Assembly: GCA_028865725.1 (NCBI GenBank)
Contig: JAGWJP010000002.1
Coordinates: forward strand, 40,050 to 104,049
Length of the DNA stretch: 64,000 nt
Direction: 5' to 3'
DNA from: Patescibacteria group bacterium
Lineage (GTDB): Bacteria > Patescibacteriota > Minisyncoccia > UBA6257 > JACRHW01
Part shown: in pieces, positions 1 to 10,344 of the stretch
Layout of the letters: the number at the start of each line of letters is the position of its first letter
Numbering within the stretch: position 1 is the stretch's first letter
Translations under genes and position numbers: made by a program
The notes under the pieces: model-generated
Database searches by the model: none
What the model was told of the DNA's origin: nothing
The model's input: only the letters and a program-made list of their open reading frames with translations

Positions 1-908
1 GCGCGCATCGTTGTCTGAGTAATTTTGGCCGTGATAGTATCAATCTCCGCAGCATAGCTTTTTTCAGATGCCAGATCCACTGCAAGCGCAGCTTTTTCCG
101 CGGCAAGGGTATTTTGTAAACTTTTTGTCGCGGAAAGAGCGGTATCGATTTCCGTGCGTGCCGAGGTAATATATGTTTTATATGTCGAAACCGTTGACTG
201 CGGAATATTCAGAGCGCTAGAAAGAAGATTGTTAAGGATATTCAAAAGCATTTCTATATTATTGAGATTAGTAACACTCTCTGCGAGATCATGCTCCAAT
301 GTGCTGGTGGCCACTCCATCGGTAACCATATTGATATGCGTAACCCATTCGGCGAGTACATCGTTCATGCCAAAGCGTTCACTTTCCGCGTTTTGTTGAT
401 TTTGAGAACTAGGAACTAAAAATGAAAGTCGCGGCGTACCGTCGCTATTCGTAAAAAATGGATCTATTTTAATGCGAATTGCATCATTTGCGCTTGTATA
501 ACTGCTATTCAACGTCGCGACAACTGTCGTATATGAATTGTGAAGCATTACTTCATCTTGGGCGGTTTTCTCTTGTTGTGTTCCGAGATCTGCCTGCGCC
601 TTTACAAGCTCTGTGGCAAGCTCAGAAGAATCAAGTGTTGCAATCACGCTTCCTGCAAGAACATGATCGCCCACCTCATGTGTCACAGTGGTAATGAGAC
701 CGCTTGTTTGAAACGCCAAATCAACATGTTCCGCCGCCTTCACATTTCCTGTTTCGGATACCACTTGCGCAATGTCTCTTTTCCCTACTGTCGCCAATGA
801 GGGAAGCGCTTCGTTCTGGCTTCCTCGATACCAATACAGGATCCCTGTGATGCAGAGAACAATGAAACATCCCCATAGTACCCACCTGAACACAGAAGCT
901 CCTTTCAT
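1..908 (-). CDS. Efflux RND transporter periplasmic adaptor subunit (HlyD/MacA-like); runs off the left edge of the window
   Basis: Translated by hand at both ends: ATG at 908 gives MKGASVFRWVLWGCFIVLCITGILYWY...VVSETGNVKAAEHVDLAFQTSGLITTVTHEVGDHVLAGSVIATLDS (TM anchor plus first lipoyl-like half). The same frame reads ...ITQTTMRA at the edge. Absent from the ORF track, consistent with no stop inside the window. Confidence 0.8.
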   Translation of the reverse strand, partial: MKGASVFRWVLWGCFIVLCITGILYWYRGSQNEALPSLATVGKRDIAQVVSETGNVKAAEHVDLAFQTSGLITTVTHEVGDHVLAGSVIATLDSSELATELVKAQADLGTQQEKTAQDEVMLHNSYTTVVATLNSSYTSANDAIRIKIDPFFTNSDGTPRLSFLVPSSQNQQNAESERFGMNDVLAEWVTHINMVTDGVATSTLEHDLAESVTNLNNIEMLLNILNNLLSSALNIPQSTVSTYKTYITSARTEIDTALSATKSLQNTLAAEKAALAVDLASEKSYAAEIDTITAKITQTTMR

Positions 909-1176
909 AAAAAAGATGTATTATATAGTTATAATATACCACAGATGACAAAATTCCCACGACCTTCTATAGCCTCATCATAACGACACGCAACAGATGA
1001 CCACTTCACCATTCTTTATAACGTTTCAGCGTTTGGTATTGCAAGAAAAAAATTTTTGTGTTACCATAATTATACTACCGAAAGAGCCAATTTCATCACA
1101 ATTGTAAACACTTGCGTAATGCAGTATCTCCGAGGTAGATTAGAAATGCCCTCTTATCAAAACCTATTTTAACTAT

Positions 1177-1401
1177 ATGAAAAAAGATATTCATCCACCT
1201 TATCACCAGGCAAAAGTCTCCTGTGCATGTGGAAACACATTCACGGTCGGCTCGACTAAACCTGAAATTCATACTGAAATCTGCAGCAAATGTCATCCTT
1301 ATTACATAGGGAAGGATCGCACGCTTGATATTGCGGGCCGCGTAGAACGCTTTAAGGAACGGGCAGCCAAGGCAGCAAAAAAGACTAAAAAGAAACAATA
1401 A
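1177..1401 (+). CDS. rpmE: 50S ribosomal protein L31 (Zn-binding type)
   Basis: MKKDIHPPY...CACG...EICSKCHPYYIG...GRVERF. Confidence 0.97.
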   Translation: MKKDIHPPYHQAKVSCACGNTFTVGSTKPEIHTEICSKCHPYYIGKDRTLDIAGRVERFKERAAKAAKKTKKKQ

Positions 1402-1513
1402 TTCCTGTACGTCTTGCATAAAACGCGCCATAGTTAGTAGTAACGAGCGCGTTTTATATTAAAAGAACACTTATTGCACTTTTTCCACAAACCATAGGCT
1501 ACCGCCCCATTAT

Positions 1514-2566
1514 ATGACACATCTAGAAGAACTTCGTGAGGAATATGCCAAGCTCACTAATACGGTGGTCTCCCTTTCTTCGCATCCGGAATCGGAAGAA
1601 TTTAAAAATGCTTCCAAAGCGCTTGCTCGATATGCACGCCTCATTTCCCTTATAGAAAAACGAGAGCTTAAACTGCATGAACAAACAAGTATCCTTGAAT
1701 TATTGGCTGAAGAAACAAATTCAGAACTCCTTACCATGGCAGAACAGGAGAAAAAAAAACTTGAAGAACAAATTACCGCACTCGATGAGCAAATTGAAAT
1801 CGAAGAACACGGGAAAAAGGATCCTATTAATTCTATAATAATGGAAATCCGGGCGGGTGCAGGAGGTGATGAAGCAGCACTGTTTGCGGTTGACTTACTT
1901 CGCATGTACCAACGTTACGCCACAAAACGAAAGTGGAGTTTTACTATTATTGACGAACACACAAATGATATCGGTGGAATGAAAGAAGTAACTGTAGAAA
2001 TAGAAGGAGATAATGTCTATAGCGAACTCGAACATGAATCTGGAGTCCATCGAGTACAGCGTATTCCTGATACAGAAAAGGCGGGAAGAATTCACACTTC
2101 TACTGCATCGGTCGCTATCCTTCCCGAAATAGAAAATTCAGATGTAGTGATCAACCCAAACGACCTTGAAATTACATTCTTCCGTTCATCGGGTCCCGGA
2201 GGACAAAACGTCAACAAAGTAGAAACCGCGGTCCGTATCTTACATAAGCCGTCCGGAATTGTGGTAAGTTCGCAATCAGAACGCTTTCAGGCTCGCAACA
2301 AAGAAAAAGCAATGACTATTCTCAGAGCAAAACTACAGGAATTACAGAATAAGGAAACAGCGTCAAACCTTACAAGCGAACGAAAAAAACAAATCGGCAC
2401 ACAAGATCGTTCTGAAAAAATACGGACCTATAATTTTCCTCAGGACAGAATCACCGATCATCGCATCAACGAAAGCTGGCATCATATTGAAGATATCATG
2501 GAAGGCAACATCGATCCCATTATCGATGCGTTCAAACACCAACCTCCTGGAGCTGAGAAAAATTAA
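1514..2566 (+). CDS. prfA: Peptide chain release factor 1
   Basis: GGQ motif (SSGPGGQNVNK), PxT motif (RIPDTEKAGRIHTS), EIRAGAGGDEA; follows rpmE. Confidence 0.96.
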   Translation: MTHLEELREEYAKLTNTVVSLSSHPESEEFKNASKALARYARLISLIEKRELKLHEQTSILELLAEETNSELLTMAEQEKKKLEEQITALDEQIEIEEHGKKDPINSIIMEIRAGAGGDEAALFAVDLLRMYQRYATKRKWSFTIIDEHTNDIGGMKEVTVEIEGDNVYSELEHESGVHRVQRIPDTEKAGRIHTSTASVAILPEIENSDVVINPNDLEITFFRSSGPGGQNVNKVETAVRILHKPSGIVVSSQSERFQARNKEKAMTILRAKLQELQNKETASNLTSERKKQIGTQDRSEKIRTYNFPQDRITDHRINESWHHIEDIMEGNIDPIIDAFKHQPPGAEKN

Positions 2567-2750
2567 AAACCCGTGGAATATACACACGGGCTCACTGCTC
2601 TTACTCCTCTCATCGCATTAAGGATTGTGTATTGCCTAAGCACTACGACGGAACACATGTTCTTTTTCTAGGAACTATCGTTAATGCTCCTCCGCTTTTT
2701 CTTCCATGTTTTTATATCACAAAGCCACAAGGTATGCGTCAAATTGAATT

Positions 2751-4271
2751 CTAAGAATTAGAGTTCAACACGTCGATGTCGTCTTGGAATCCTTGCGCAC
2801 GCTCTGCGACGCGATATCCATAGGAACCAACTCTTGTATATGATCGCCACGCACTTCCTGCATAATATTTAGCGGCGGCGCAATTTTCTTGTGAAAACAT
2901 AGCGGAGTAGATTGTTTTACAGGTGGCAAGTCCTCCTTGGAGATACAGGGCGGTACCGGTAAATGCATCAAGATTATTAAAAGGCGAGGGTGGATTTCCT
3001 CCCGTGATCCTCGCTACCCTATCAGCAAATAATTGCCACGTACTCGGCATAAATTGAGCAGGACCCATTGCCCCTCCGTACGATCCGTCAGAAACAATCG
3101 GACATGAAACAGGCGTTTTTTCGGGATCTAGATGCAGCTCTGTCATAAGGGCAAGAAAAATCGGTTTTTCTTTATCACTCATCACTGTACCACTCGGATT
3201 TACACTCGGATCGTTGTAGGCACAGCGCCCTAGGTTAGTGCCTATCACGCCATTTATTGATGATTCTTGAGTAAGGATAGCGAGGATAAATGCCGCACGT
3301 ACCCCCGTGGCCTTCTCTGCCACCGCTGCAAGTTTAACCGCATCGCCAAAAGGAAGTTCGCCGCCGCCCGTTAAACGAAAAATTCTATTGCGTATCTCTG
3401 CCGCCTTTGCTTGTGTATCAGCAAGAAGTTTTTGATATTGGGATTCTTTTCCTTTAGTAATTGCTAAAAGATTATTCTTTTCCTTTTGAGTCTCCTGAAT
3501 GGTAGACTTTTGTGTCGCCTGATATGCTCGCAGGGCTGTCGCATCTTCGCGCTGAAGCGCAAGCGCCGTCTTTTGATTTACATATTGATCACGTAAATTA
3601 GAGTATTCAGCCAGCGCATTGTTAAGATTATCCTGTACCAAAACTAGATTATTCAGGTCGCCAAAGAAATCGGAAAGATGAGGATTTTCAAGCATGGCTT
3701 GAAATACAGTGCGATTTTCTCCTTCGTAAACCCGTTGAAGTGCAGTAGACAACGCCTCTTTTTCAAACCCAATTTGTGTTTCTGTCTTTCCAATCGCCCC
3801 TTCTGCTTGAGTAATCTCCCCGTCAAGCGAGGAAATACTGACATTCACAGCCTTAATCTGTAAATTTAGTTTTGCGATTTGAGCATTCAAAAGTTTAATT
3901 TCAGATGAAAGACTCTTTCCTTGTTTTTGGTATTGTTCGATCGTCGCCTGATGCGCTGCAATCTGTTTTTCCAAATCTGCAAGCTGCGCTTCTAATGCAG
4001 ACCGCTCCTGCGTATAATCTTGTGAGAGTACAATAGTAGGTGCAACCACAAGGCCGCGCAAAGAAACAACAATCAACACAAGTATTACCAATAATGATTT
4101 TGCGACCGCAGATGTGCAATATGAAAAAACTCTATACTTTTTCTTTTTTGACACTAAAAAAACAGGGGGGTTAGACTCTCCTTTTCGACTGATTTTTACA
4201 TCCACAAGAACAGAGGGGTGTATGGAGGGCTCTTCCATCATTGTAATTAAGAGCAAAAAGTTTGGGAACAC
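2751..4271 (-). CDS. Coiled-coil plus lytic murein transglycosylase-like protein (true start may be slightly downstream)
   Basis: TM segment, long PcsB/CwlO-like coiled coil, C-terminal ILTQES...GGAMGPAQFMPSTW lysozyme-like motifs. Confidence 0.8.
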   Translation of the reverse strand: MFPNFLLLITMMEEPSIHPSVLVDVKISRKGESNPPVFLVSKKKKYRVFSYCTSAVAKSLLVILVLIVVSLRGLVVAPTIVLSQDYTQERSALEAQLADLEKQIAAHQATIEQYQKQGKSLSSEIKLLNAQIAKLNLQIKAVNVSISSLDGEITQAEGAIGKTETQIGFEKEALSTALQRVYEGENRTVFQAMLENPHLSDFFGDLNNLVLVQDNLNNALAEYSNLRDQYVNQKTALALQREDATALRAYQATQKSTIQETQKEKNNLLAITKGKESQYQKLLADTQAKAAEIRNRIFRLTGGGELPFGDAVKLAAVAEKATGVRAAFILAILTQESSINGVIGTNLGRCAYNDPSVNPSGTVMSDKEKPIFLALMTELHLDPEKTPVSCPIVSDGSYGGAMGPAQFMPSTWQLFADRVARITGGNPPSPFNNLDAFTGTALYLQGGLATCKTIYSAMFSQENCAAAKYYAGSAWRSYTRVGSYGYRVAERAQGFQDDIDVLNSNS

Positions 4272-4420
4272 ATTCTGAAAATTGTCCTTTCACTTCATGA
4301 CCAATAATTTGTCCGCATATTTAGTATATCAAAAAGATAGCCAACTCTCCATAGAAAAAGAACGGATAATCTACACGTGGCATAAATAATTCAAACATCT
4401 CAAACAAACGTGCGGCGCAA

Positions 4421-4451
4421 AAAAACACATCCCCTTATGCAGGGGGTGTGT
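4421..4451 (-). terminator. Intrinsic terminator of rplY
   Basis: ACACACCCCCT-GCAT-AAGGGGATGTGT hairpin followed by a T run on the minus strand. Confidence 0.7.
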
Positions 4452-4470
4452 AAACCATCAGCTACGGACA

Positions 4471-5154
4471 TTACTTCCTCGCTTCTGTATCCTTTTCTTC
4501 TTCACGTTTTGCCTTCTTCTCCTCTGTTTCCACCTTAACCTCCTCCACCCCTCCGGAACCACCCTCTACTTCCATCGCTTTAATTTCTTCTTCACTCAAA
4601 GGTTCAGATACAGAAACAATAACCATATCTGGTTCGGATATAAGACTTACTCCCACAGGGAGTGTGATGTCGCTCGCGTGAATTTTGCTTTCAAAATCAA
4701 ACAATGACGCAAGTGATACTTCAATCTCTGAGGGAAGATCTTGAGGAAGAGCTTCTACCTCAATTTCAGAAGCAACCTTGATAACAATACCGTGCAACTC
4801 CTTCTCAACAGGCGCCTCGTTGATAAACTCTAACGGCACTGTGGCTTCTGTAGGCTTATCAAGTGCAACCGCATAAAAGTCCACGTGCAAGACATTGTGA
4901 GTAAGCGGATCACGAAGAACATCGTGAATTAACACAGGTTTTTTCATCTCCTTCCCTGCGGCGTCAATAAACACTAAATCAATAAGCACGTTTTCTCCTG
5001 CCTCTTTATAGAGATTCGCGAATACGCCTTCCTCAATCGATAGGTTTACCGATTCTCCTTTACCATAAAGCACTGCAGGAATGAATCCTTTTCTGCGGAG
5101 TCCACTCACCGCCTTCCCCACCACGTCTCGTTTTGATGCATGTAATGTGAGCAT
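4471..5154 (-). CDS. rplY: 50S ribosomal protein L25 / Ctc
   Basis: LRRKGFIPAVLYG, HVDFY, acidic Ctc-type C-terminal domain. Confidence 0.95.
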   Translation of the reverse strand: MLTLHASKRDVVGKAVSGLRRKGFIPAVLYGKGESVNLSIEEGVFANLYKEAGENVLIDLVFIDAAGKEMKKPVLIHDVLRDPLTHNVLHVDFYAVALDKPTEATVPLEFINEAPVEKELHGIVIKVASEIEVEALPQDLPSEIEVSLASLFDFESKIHASDITLPVGVSLISEPDMVIVSVSEPLSEEEIKAMEVEGGSGGVEEVKVETEEKKAKREEEKDTEARK

Positions 5155-5231
5155 AAAAATGTACAATTAAACTAAAATCCTCCAAAAACAAAAAACACCA
5201 CGTTTTTACCCTTATATTTGAAGTGCTTGTA

Positions 5232-6116
5232 TTATACCAGATGTTGAAATAATTTCAACCTCTTTTCAACGATCAAACCCATGTCCTCCCGTGCGTTCAG
5301 GAGAAGCTTATATGGTGCTACTTCTTCAGGATGTGTGGCAAGAGTTTCTTCGATGCCTGCACGCCACGCAACGCGAAGCTCTGTGCTGATATGCACGATC
5401 GATATCCCCGCACGAATTGCAGCAATAAACTCCTCATCACGCGTACCAGACCCGCCATGAAGGACTAAAGGAGTATTCAGCGAGGCGTGGAGCGCCTCAA
5501 TGCGCGCAATATCAAGGTGGGGCTCTGGCACATCTTTTAAGATACCGTGCAGGTTCCCTACTGCAGGTGCAAATAAATTAACCCCTGTTTCAGCCACAAA
5601 TCGCTCCGCATCAGGAACGGTGGTAAGATAATCGCCTTGTGATGCTCCCTCGGGAATCACATGTAAAACCTCAGAAGAAGTACCTATATAGCCAAGTTCT
5701 CCCTCAATAATGACATCGGAACGAATCGCGCGCGCGGCGTCTGCTGCCTCTTTTGTTTTTTTAATATTTTCTTCCAACACATACTGTGCCCCATCAAAAA
5801 TTACTGCATCATAGCCAGCCCGTACGGCATCTTCCACTCCACGTAAGGTGTGAGTATGATCGGCATTCAAAAACACAGGATAAGGTTCTTGCTCGCGAAT
5901 ACTCGCAATAAGAGCAGCGACTTGGCGCACTCCAATAAATGCTCGCTCTCCCTCGGAAACCCCGATTATAATCGGGATAGCGTTCCCTGCCTCACGCGAA
6001 ACTTTTTTCGCTCCATCCATGATAGCGCCCAGCGCAGCAAAATCAGAGATATTAAAGTGGGCTATCGCGGTCTTCGTTGCTCGTGCTTCTTCTAGATAGT
6101 CATAAAGTGTTTTCAT
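5232..6116 (-). CDS. fba: Class II fructose/tagatose-bisphosphate aldolase
   Basis: NADH, EGELG, AVGNLHG and VLHGGSG Zn-aldolase motifs. Confidence 0.9.
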   Translation of the reverse strand: MKTLYDYLEEARATKTAIAHFNISDFAALGAIMDGAKKVSREAGNAIPIIIGVSEGERAFIGVRQVAALIASIREQEPYPVFLNADHTHTLRGVEDAVRAGYDAVIFDGAQYVLEENIKKTKEAADAARAIRSDVIIEGELGYIGTSSEVLHVIPEGASQGDYLTTVPDAERFVAETGVNLFAPAVGNLHGILKDVPEPHLDIARIEALHASLNTPLVLHGGSGTRDEEFIAAIRAGISIVHISTELRVAWRAGIEETLATHPEEVAPYKLLLNAREDMGLIVEKRLKLFQHLV

Positions 6117-6128
6117 AGCAATACAAGG

Positions 6129-7388
6129 CTACAATTCGAAAAATCCTTGAAGAAGATATTCTCGCGCAAAAATCTCTAATTCACCGAGACTGAAATATTC
6201 AGAAAATATCTTATTCCACAATGCTTCTTGGTGATGATAGAGATATTTGATCATTTCTTTTTCTTGTACCAATGACATGACCGTATCCACCAAGTCAAAG
6301 CTCACCAATATATCATCTCCGACATCATCCTTGAAATAATCACCCACCCAATCCAAATCCTCCCAAAAGCCCAGCGAATGATCAAACTCCGGATGGAGTT
6401 CTCCGATGCGCGCGAGACTCCGTTCCGCCTTCACCCAATGCAGCGCCTCTGGATTCAAGTGCGGGACAAATAAACGCCAATCATTTTCATCATCCTTCGC
6501 AAGATAACGCTGTACCACGAGCCATAATGATTTCGTGCCCTCTTGCATTCTTCTGTCCATCACATCTCCTCGCAAGAGTGAGATAAGATTTTGAGAAAAT
6601 GTGGTAGGAACATTGGCATTTTTTTTAAATAAGTCGGCGTAAAAAGGTATCTCGTGTAGATAATGAAAGATGAGACTTAACGTGCGTAAAATCTCTCCAG
6701 AAATATCAAGCGCAATCGGAATGATAAAAACAACTCCCAACTCTTTAAGATGACTGATGTTGTGCCATTTTTTTGCTACAAATGCCCCCGCAGCCTTGCT
6801 CCATCGCTCTCCTAGCGTACGCACTTTAATAGCTCGTTCTTCGAAGTCGTCAGGCGTCAACGCTTCATATTGCTTAAAAAATATAGTATTCAGCCACTCA
6901 CTTCCCTCGATAAATCGGAGTGCGCTATACACTTCGTAGAGATCTTCGTGCGCCAACATCTCTTCCACAGAATGATAGTTCAAGTAGGCAAGCACCTTTT
7001 GAGGAGGTTGTTGCTTCAAAAATTCGCGCGCCTTTTCCTCTTTTAAGAAAAACCCTGTTTCGACAGATGCGATACTCTGCGCAAGATTCAAAAGTTTCGC
7101 ACAGTCTTCAGGGTTGCAGGCAACGGGGCTTCCCAACGCCTTAAACACATTATGATCGTCAGATTCTATCTTCGAAATGAGAGCATCATAAATTACTTTT
7201 GCAGGTTCGTCTCGCGCGACACCTAGTTTCATCAAACGATCCTGCATGCATGCCGCATTTTCTTCCATAATACGGTCAATTACACCATGTTTGCCTGTAA
7301 GCGAAGCGAGGCGTTGTTCTACATTAATAATAGAGTCTTTATCTGCGCGCAATATCTTTGCGAGCTTTTCCTGTGAAGTCATGGACAT
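6129..7388 (-). CDS. Protein of unknown function inside the sugar operon
   Basis: 419-aa ORF tightly packed between pfkB and fba; contains HNISHLKELG and FHYLHE motifs. Confidence 0.75.
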   Translation of the reverse strand: MSMTSQEKLAKILRADKDSIINVEQRLASLTGKHGVIDRIMEENAACMQDRLMKLGVARDEPAKVIYDALISKIESDDHNVFKALGSPVACNPEDCAKLLNLAQSIASVETGFFLKEEKAREFLKQQPPQKVLAYLNYHSVEEMLAHEDLYEVYSALRFIEGSEWLNTIFFKQYEALTPDDFEERAIKVRTLGERWSKAAGAFVAKKWHNISHLKELGVVFIIPIALDISGEILRTLSLIFHYLHEIPFYADLFKKNANVPTTFSQNLISLLRGDVMDRRMQEGTKSLWLVVQRYLAKDDENDWRLFVPHLNPEALHWVKAERSLARIGELHPEFDHSLGFWEDLDWVGDYFKDDVGDDILVSFDLVDTVMSLVQEKEMIKYLYHHQEALWNKIFSEYFSLGELEIFAREYLLQGFFEL

Positions 7389-7415
7389 AAGAATATGAGA
7401 GTAATAATGGGATAA

Positions 7416-8405
7416 TTATGAAGAAGGAGTAACGGAAACAGCTAAGTCCTTCCAGCGCGCGTCGTGTTCAAACTGATCTTTGGTGAGAATGCCCGCAGTA
7501 CCCCCGACATGTTCAACGACAGAGGCTGCATTTGCAGTTCCTAAACGAATGGCATAAGAAATATCATTCTTCCGCATGAGGCCCGCGACAAATCCGGACC
7601 CGAATGCATCTCCCGCACCAGTCCGATCACGCAACACCTGTTCATTAAAAATGCCCGCCCGGTAGATTTTTGTACCATCAGACACCGTCACCCCTTGCGG
7701 CCCATTTGTCATTGCAACAATCCCCGGCATATCTCTATCAAGTGCGGAGAACACCTCTTCTGGCTTTTCAAAGGAAATGCCGAGAAGCGTTGCCGCCTCG
7801 CCCTCGTTTACCAACAACACGGCAATATTCTTCAGTGCCGCAAGAATACCATCGCGATCTCTTTTGATATGGTATCCCGACGGATTAAACGCCACCTTGA
7901 TTCCCTGGGAATGGGCAAATGTCAGAAGTTCAGGGAACAGATGATACGACTCGCCCGCAAGCGAAAGATACCACCACGGAGCCCGCATGGCATCCCGGTG
8001 AATATCCGATGTGGAAAACGTATCGGAGGCGCCATGATATCCCAAAATCGTGCGCTCGCCGCCTGAAAGCAAGAGCGTAGAAAACGCGGTATGCCGTTCT
8101 GAGGTCGCTTCAAGGAGCTCCGTAGCAACATGTTCACGCGTCAAATCTTCCTGCAGCGCGCGCCCCATGCTATCGTTGCCGATCTTCCCGCAGCAGAATA
8201 CACGAAACCCGTGGCGTGCAAATGTCACGCTTGCATTTGCCGCATTACCACCAAGCGTACTGAATGCATTTGAAATCTCTACCTTTTCGCCCACAGGAAA
8301 TATCAAAGCTTTATGTGACGGAGTTTTATCCCAATTCACAAATTGATACTCACTTTCCAAAAAGTGATCGCGCGTAACCGATCCGATACAAATAATATCT
8401 TTCAT
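7416..8405 (-). CDS. PfkB-family carbohydrate kinase
   Basis: GGNAANAS and DRTGAGDAFGSG PfkB signatures. Confidence 0.92.
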   Translation of the reverse strand: MKDIICIGSVTRDHFLESEYQFVNWDKTPSHKALIFPVGEKVEISNAFSTLGGNAANASVTFARHGFRVFCCGKIGNDSMGRALQEDLTREHVATELLEATSERHTAFSTLLLSGGERTILGYHGASDTFSTSDIHRDAMRAPWWYLSLAGESYHLFPELLTFAHSQGIKVAFNPSGYHIKRDRDGILAALKNIAVLLVNEGEAATLLGISFEKPEEVFSALDRDMPGIVAMTNGPQGVTVSDGTKIYRAGIFNEQVLRDRTGAGDAFGSGFVAGLMRKNDISYAIRLGTANAASVVEHVGGTAGILTKDQFEHDARWKDLAVSVTPSS

Positions 8406-8430
8406 ATCGTTATTCTACTCTTTCCCTCAC

Positions 8431-8462
8431 AAAAAGAAAAACCCCGCGCTGATGCGCGAGGT
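8431..8462 (-). terminator. GC-rich hairpin plus T tract downstream of the DGR-target-like gene
   Basis: ACCTCGCGC-ATCA-GCGCGGGGT then TTTTCTTTTT on the minus strand. Confidence 0.7.
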
Positions 8463-8549
8463 GGCAAACATTACGTTTCTTTATTGCACCGCTTCAAAGG
8501 ACAAAGGTTCAAGGATCAAAGAAGATCCAAGTGACCAAAATCCCAAGAG

Positions 8550-9155
8550 CTACTTACTTGCGCGCAGAGCCGCGGGCCCACGACCGCGCCAGCCGCTGAC
8601 AAGCCAGCGGTAGCGCCAGAACCACTGCCCGCCGAGGAAGTACAGAGAGCGCACGCACAGGCTGCCATCCGAGTCGCGGTAGATCGTTCCCCAGAAGTAG
8701 ATGAAACGAATGTTTCCACTCTCATCTTACTTCCAGTCTTCGGGAATGAGCTCGGGGTGGGCGAGCAGGTAGTCGAGGACGTTTGCGTTCAGCACAGGCT
8801 GTTGCTCGAGCTCTTAGCGAAGCGTGTTGCCTTCGATCATCTTGCCGTTCTGCTGATTCTTCGAGAGATGGAGCCGCACCTGAGCAGGGTTCCACACGAT
8901 AGACCCACACGCCCTGCCGGAAAGCTGATCATTTGCTCTTACTTCCCATCCTGATGGAATATGAGGTCGGCCGTCGAGGTCAATGCAATGCTTGATACGT
9001 TTGATTTCAGCATGCCCTCGCAATACCTCACGTACCCTTGCAAGCAGGTCTCCCTCTGAAAGAGTTTTGATCTCCTGATTCGTAAACCCTGCGCGCCGAA
9101 ACGCAAGCTTCAATTCGTTGGCCTGGCCGACATCGAGCATAAGTTCTTCGCTCAT
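8550..9155 (-). pseudogene. DGR-target-like (C-type-lectin-fold-like) protein interrupted by two in-frame TAA codons
   Basis: One frame reads MSEELML...NTLR*ELEQQPVLNANVLDYLLAHPELIPEDWK*DESGNIRFIYFWGTIYRDSDGSLCVRSLYFLGGQWFWRYRWLVSGWRGRGPAALRASK*. Internal TAA at 8814-8816 and 8727-8729; final TAG at 8550-8552; GGAGG SD upstream. Confidence 0.75.
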
Positions 9156-9337
9156 TGTCACTCTGCCTCCTCTTCTTTTTGCGGCTGCGTCCTTCTAAAA
9201 AGAACTGTGCCGCATATTGGTTATACCAAATCACTTCTACCTTGTAAAGAAAGAAGGTTATACGCGAAACGTCGCTTCATCCTCGCCCGTATCGCGAGAA
9301 ATATCCGTCCCAAGTCTCTAAGCATTTAATTGATAGA

Positions 9338-10339
9338 TTATTTCCTTTTGCGAAGAATGACACGTTTTGCAGCAGCTACAATATGGGTGACTCCCATGCC
9401 GTATTTTTCGATCAATGCATCAGGCGGACCTGACTCACCGAAGGTATCCTGCATACCAATGAACTCGAGCGGAACGGGAAAACGCTTTGCTACGCACTCC
9501 GCAATCGCACCTCCCAATCCTCCAAGTATCTGGTGTTCTTCAACGACTACGCCAGCCCCGCTTCTCACGACCGCAGCCTCTACCCCCTCCTCATCAAGCG
9601 GCTTTACGGTCGCCACATTGACTACCGCCGTATCAACGCCTTCGCGCTCAAGCATCTGTGCCGCTTGCAAGGCATGGTACATCAGCGGTCCGGCCACAAA
9701 AACAGTGACATCAAACTTCTCCTTATGCGGTAACCAAAACCACGAGACTTTTCCAAACTCAAATGGCGTGTGCTCTGTGGTCACTACGGGCGTTTTCTCG
9801 CGGGCAAGCCGTACATAGCAAGGTCCATCGAGTGATGCAATCGCATACGTAATACGATCCGCTTCATGCACATCACAGGGAACAAACACCTTCATGGTGG
9901 GGATGGCGCGCATCGTCGCAATATCTTCTATCGCTTGGTGCGTTGCGCCGTCAGGACCCACCGAAATACCCGCATGCGATCCAATAATCTTCACGTTTGA
10001 ATGATTGTACGCGATCGTAGTACGAATCTGTTCCCAATTTCTTCCGGGAGAAAAAGTGGCATACGAAGAAATGAATGGAATCTTTCCGCTCACCCCTAAA
10101 CCTGCCGCAATGGTCGCAAGATTTTGCTCTGCTACGCCGATCTCAAAAAAACGATCCGGAAATTTCTCCGCAAACCCTAATGAACGTGTCGATTCGGTAA
10201 GGTCAGCGCACAATACTACGACATTACTGTCTCGCTCTCCCGCGCGCACTACTCCTGTGCCATACCCATCGCGAAGAGGCGCACTCTCAAGATTATCTTT
10301 AAAAAGATGAGGAGAAAGTTTTAAGTCTGCATTTAACAT
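9338..10339 (-). CDS. Transketolase, C-terminal subunit
   Basis: IGVAEQN, GPDGATHQ, VVVEEH. Confidence 0.93.
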   Translation of the reverse strand: MLNADLKLSPHLFKDNLESAPLRDGYGTGVVRAGERDSNVVVLCADLTESTRSLGFAEKFPDRFFEIGVAEQNLATIAAGLGVSGKIPFISSYATFSPGRNWEQIRTTIAYNHSNVKIIGSHAGISVGPDGATHQAIEDIATMRAIPTMKVFVPCDVHEADRITYAIASLDGPCYVRLAREKTPVVTTEHTPFEFGKVSWFWLPHKEKFDVTVFVAGPLMYHALQAAQMLEREGVDTAVVNVATVKPLDEEGVEAAVVRSGAGVVVEEHQILGGLGGAIAECVAKRFPVPLEFIGMQDTFGESGPPDALIEKYGMGVTHIVAAAKRVILRKRK

Positions 10340-10344
10340 AGAAA

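Noticed and set aside
8727-8816. TAA read-through or an alternative genetic code
   Set aside because: TAA, TAG and TGA all end well-conserved genes in this window (for example prfA TAA, hppA TAG, atpD TGA), and long genes are intact under code 11.
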